Positions 60,771-64,000 of a stretch of DNA of 64,000 nucleotides are shown in pieces. Source of the DNA: Polyangiaceae bacterium (lineage in GTDB: Bacteria; Myxococcota_A; Polyangia; Polyangiales; Polyangiaceae); assembly GCA_044376115.1 (NCBI GenBank), contig JBILLK010000004.1:160001-224000 (forward strand), written 5' to 3'. Both the position numbers and the translations under genes were made by a program. The notes below the pieces were generated by a model. The model saw nothing but the letters and a program-made list of their open reading frames with translations. It was not told the DNA's origin and did no database searches. Every line of letters begins with the position of its first letter. The first letter of the stretch is position 1.

Positions 60771-61889
60771 TCAAGACCGAGTCAGCAGCCACACGGTGCC
60801 CAGCAGGGCGAGCAATGCTACCGACAGCGCTATTGGCAGCGCTCGCGTGCGTCCTTTGGATGGTGCAACCAACGCGCGTGGCACCGTCTCGGTCATGAGC
60901 GGTACGTTTGCTGTTTGCTCGCAGACGTCGGGTATTGGCGGCTGCGCGAGCTCTGGATCTCGGTGCGTGATCGGCACCGTCAGATCGGCGATCGCAGGCG
61001 TCGCAGCTGGCTTTGCGGGAGGCAAAGGCTCGATGAAGGTGGGCCTGCCCGAACAGCCATCCTCCCCCGAAAGTGCGGCATCGAAGGCTGACATGAACTC
61101 CGCCATCGTTTGAAATCGTCCGCGAGGCTCTTTGTGCAGGGCCCTGGCGAAGAACGCACCCAGGTTGGGCCCGCCGCTCGGCCCTACGTAGGAGCGCGGA
61201 GGATCGTTGAGAATCGAAACCAACACTTCGGCCGAATCACCGCTAAAGGGCCGCTCTCCAGACAGCGCTCGAAACAGAATCACCGCCAGCGACCAAAGGT
61301 CGGAGCGCTCATCCACCGAGCGGCCGTTGCGAATCTGTTCGGGACTCATATACGCAGCCGACCCCAACAAGGTCCCCGGTCGCGTCAGCCGTTGGTTCTC
61401 GTCGCTGACCGCTGCCACGCCGAAATCGAGGATCAACGCTTGTGCGGGAGAGTCGCGCAGGAACACGTTCGCTGGCTTGAGATCGCGGTGAACGATCCCA
61501 GCCTGGTGCGCCTGTGACAACGCTGCGCCGACCTCACGTAGCAACCGAGTCGCGTCCTCGATCGAGATCACGCCCTCGCGCTTCATCTTTTGTTCGAGCG
61601 TCTCGCCCTGCAAAAGGTCCATCACCAGAAAGCCGTGCGCGCCCAAGAAGCCGAAGTCGTAGACACGCACGAAGCCTGGGCCTTGCAACTTTTGGCAAAC
61701 CCGCGCTTCGCGCTCGAAGCGGGCGCGACTGTCATCGACGTTGGAGCTCTGAAACGCCACGAGCTTGATCGCGACCTGACGTTGCTTGCGCAGGTCGCAG
61801 GCCTCCCACACCTCACTCATCGCCCCTTCGCCAAGCTTGCGCTGGAGTTCGTAGCGACGCGCGACGACAACGCCGATTTGGCGCGACAT
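60771..61889 (-). CDS. Ser/Thr protein kinase with C-terminal TM anchor
   Basis: LGEGAMSEV, VAIK, HRDLKPAN, DFG, SPE; ends in a hydrophobic helix. Confidence 0.9.
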   Translation of the reverse strand: MSRQIGVVVARRYELQRKLGEGAMSEVWEACDLRKQRQVAIKLVAFQSSNVDDSRARFEREARVCQKLQGPGFVRVYDFGFLGAHGFLVMDLLQGETLEQKMKREGVISIEDATRLLREVGAALSQAHQAGIVHRDLKPANVFLRDSPAQALILDFGVAAVSDENQRLTRPGTLLGSAAYMSPEQIRNGRSVDERSDLWSLAVILFRALSGERPFSGDSAEVLVSILNDPPRSYVGPSGGPNLGAFFARALHKEPRGRFQTMAEFMSAFDAALSGEDGCSGRPTFIEPLPPAKPAATPAIADLTVPITHRDPELAQPPIPDVCEQTANVPLMTETVPRALVAPSKGRTRALPIALSVALLALLGTVWLLTRS

Positions 61890-62063
61890 GGGCAGCTGTT
61901 CCTGCGGAGCTCGAGACACGCCACGGCGCTCTCGAGCTCTCCCGCGCCGCTCTACAGGCGCAGCTGGAAAGCTGGAAATCGACACACTCGTGGTAGCGGC
62001 ACAAACCTGGCGGAGGTTCACGCACGAGAAGAGCAACTTGGGCGGAATGGTGCCCTGTGCAGC

Positions 62064-63227
62064 TCAGATCTGCGCGTAACGCCCGCTCTTGAAGGACGCC
62101 TCGAGCAGCTGCGTGACGCGGGCCTCGAGGGCGCGCGCCTCAGCCTGAGGGATGGAGGCCAGCGCCGTACGTATTTCTCCCAAGGCCTTGAGCTGACTGA
62201 AGAGCTGCACGTCTCCCACCGCGCCGCCGCCAGTCAAGATATGACGAATGCGGTCCACCTCGGCAGCGAGGCCTTCAACGCCCATGCGCAAAGCGCCAAC
62301 CCGTCTTCGGTCGGGGTGCTCGCGATAAAAGGACTCCAGCACCGGTTGAACCAACCCTTCGAGCAGATGTGCCTGATCCTCGTTGTTCCAGATGTGTTTG
62401 AGGATGAAAAAGTCAGAGGCGTCAGCGGTCGCACGACCATCGACGAAGGCACTGGCCGCAAACAGCTTCAACATCTTTACGACGCGGCGATCCGAGAGGC
62501 TGACGCCTTCCGCACGAATCTGAAAAACCAGGCCCTTGTAGCTGGAGAGGAAGGCGTCGGAGAAGGCCATGCGTTGACCGAACGATTTGCCCATCTCGAT
62601 CAGCTCGCTCGCTGCGAGCAGCGGCGTTGGCCGGGTGCCCGAGAGCTGATGAACCTCGTGCGCGATACCGCGCGTGAGCAAGTCGGTGAAGTGGTAGGCA
62701 TCAAGATTTTCACTCCGCACGCGGAGTAGGAAGCGGTCAAAGATGGCGCCCAGCGTTTCGTCCGCCGGGACCTCGTTCGACGCGGCGAACACGCTGATCA
62801 GCGGGCACTTGATGATCTGCGCGCCGCTCGTCATGCGCCGCTCGTTGAGCAACGTCAGCAGCGCATTCAAAATGGCGCTGTTCGACTTGAAGACCTCATC
62901 CAAGAAGACGATCTCCGCCTCGGGTAACATGCCGGTCACGTTGCGGCGGTACTCCCCCTCTCGGAACGCGGCGATGTCCACCGGCCCGAAGATCTCGTTG
63001 GGTTCGGTGAACCGCGTCAGCAGGTACTCGAAGTAGCGGGCCTGGAGCAGCCCAGCCAAGGAGCGAATCAGCGCGCTTTTGGCAGTACCGGGCGGGCCAA
63101 GCAGCACACAGTGCTCACCGGCCACGACCGCGATCACGAGAAGACGGATGATCTCGTCTTTCCCTAAGAATTGAGCCTCAAGGGACGAGGCGACCTGCCG
63201 GAGGCGGGTGCTAACGGAATCGCTCAT
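62064..63227 (-). CDS. MoxR/RavA-family AAA+ ATPase
   Basis: GPPGTAKS, YLLTRFTEPNEIFGP, FLDEVFK, ASNE, DRF, SDRR. Confidence 0.9.
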   Translation of the reverse strand: MSDSVSTRLRQVASSLEAQFLGKDEIIRLLVIAVVAGEHCVLLGPPGTAKSALIRSLAGLLQARYFEYLLTRFTEPNEIFGPVDIAAFREGEYRRNVTGMLPEAEIVFLDEVFKSNSAILNALLTLLNERRMTSGAQIIKCPLISVFAASNEVPADETLGAIFDRFLLRVRSENLDAYHFTDLLTRGIAHEVHQLSGTRPTPLLAASELIEMGKSFGQRMAFSDAFLSSYKGLVFQIRAEGVSLSDRRVVKMLKLFAASAFVDGRATADASDFFILKHIWNNEDQAHLLEGLVQPVLESFYREHPDRRRVGALRMGVEGLAAEVDRIRHILTGGGAVGDVQLFSQLKALGEIRTALASIPQAEARALEARVTQLLEASFKSGRYAQI

Positions 63228-63304
63228 GTTTTGTCTCGGTTGCGACGTACGCCAAGCTATTGCCCCCGGAACGTCGTCGCAATAGCTTCTAGGTCGAGGC
63301 ATTC

Positions 63305-64000
63305 GTGAATCAACGCGCGCATCCCACCGTACGCCCTTACGCGCTAGCTCTTGGCGTGGTTCCGCGGCGCGGAGTGGAAGACCAGCTTTCGTTCCTTGGA
63401 CCTGCAGCTGGGCAAGACTTGGCGTCAGCCCTCTTGCTCGACACTCTTGGCGCTCTATCGACCTTTCCGGTGCGGCATCGTGTGGTGTTCACCGACGGTA
63501 CCGACGCGGTCACACGTCACACGCGGCTACCCGCAACCTGGCGGGAGCTTTCGCAGCGCGGGGAGTCAGCGTCGGAGAAGATCGACGCTGCTTTTCAGGA
63601 TCTGCTCGCGCTCGGAGCGGAAGCGATGCTGCTCGTTACTGCAGACGGTCCGATGCTGCCGCTCGCGCAGATGTTCGACGGCATGATGTGGCTGCTGCCC
63701 AAGAGTCGAATTCTCTGCGGTGCAAACGAGCACTCGGGTCTCTACGCGCTCGGCGCTGCAGACCGCCTGAACTTCGTGGGTTCGCGTGATGCGGCAGTTC
63801 CCGGAGAAGCGCTCGGCATCATGAACCACGTTGAATCGCCTGCTGCCGCAGACGCGGAAGACCGAATCGCCCGCGCCTGCGAGAGCAACTCCTTCGAATT
63901 GGAACGGCTACCCAGGTCCTATCGGATCGAGGACCTCGATTCGCTCTCTCGACTTCACGCCGAGATCAAAGGGGGAATGTTTGCCCCCCAAACGCGCAAG
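63305..64000 (+). CDS. DUF2064/TIGR04282 (CofC-like nucleotidyl/glycosyltransferase) protein, runs off window end
   Basis: Hand translation from GTG 63305: ..ALLLDTL..QRGES.SEKIDAAF..LLVTADGPMLP..GLYALG..IEDLDSL; open to the window end. Confidence 0.65.
   Translation, partial: MNQRAHPTVRPYALALGVVPRRGVEDQLSFLGPAAGQDLASALLLDTLGALSTFPVRHRVVFTDGTDAVTRHTRLPATWRELSQRGESASEKIDAAFQDLLALGAEAMLLVTADGPMLPLAQMFDGMMWLLPKSRILCGANEHSGLYALGAADRLNFVGSRDAAVPGEALGIMNHVESPAAADAEDRIARACESNSFELERLPRSYRIEDLDSLSRLHAEIKGGMFAPQTRK

Noticed and set aside
60700..60800. Possible truncation or frameshift of the kinase after its TM helix
   Set aside because: No convincing continuation in any frame, and a hairpin and the tRNA follow closely, so a natural C-terminal anchor is more likely

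Overview
GC-rich, gene-dense bacterial chromosome segment. The gene content points to a gliding myxobacterium, probably Polyangiaceae/Sorangiineae-like (inference from many Gly-rich lipoproteins, Ser/Thr kinases, a PEGA protein, an FHA-sigma54 activator, a DUF1592/DUF1552 pair and Agl-type motors). Core or housekeeping-type genes include bamA, a parC-parE-type topoisomerase pair, plsC, an HD dNTPase, a YcaQ-type glycosylase, FrnE and tRNA-Glu. The most notable locus is 38.6-44.9 kb: two divergent ExbB/TolQ + 2x ExbD/TolR proton-motor operons. One resembles the aglRQS gliding motor. It carries an uncharacterised Cys-rich membrane protein, a duplicated aglQ-like gene, strong hairpins after aglR, and the same ECF-sigma-like motif (GGAAC-N13-GCGTGTCTG) upstream of both aglQ copies. 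There is also a chemosensory cluster with a soluble Aer2-like PAS-heme receptor, a kinase-TPR/PEGA-lipoprotein module and an unannotated 34-aa membrane peptide. I saw no CRISPR array, rRNA, integrase or transposase. All family calls come from motif recognition and recall, not database searches, and many start codons were refined by eye.
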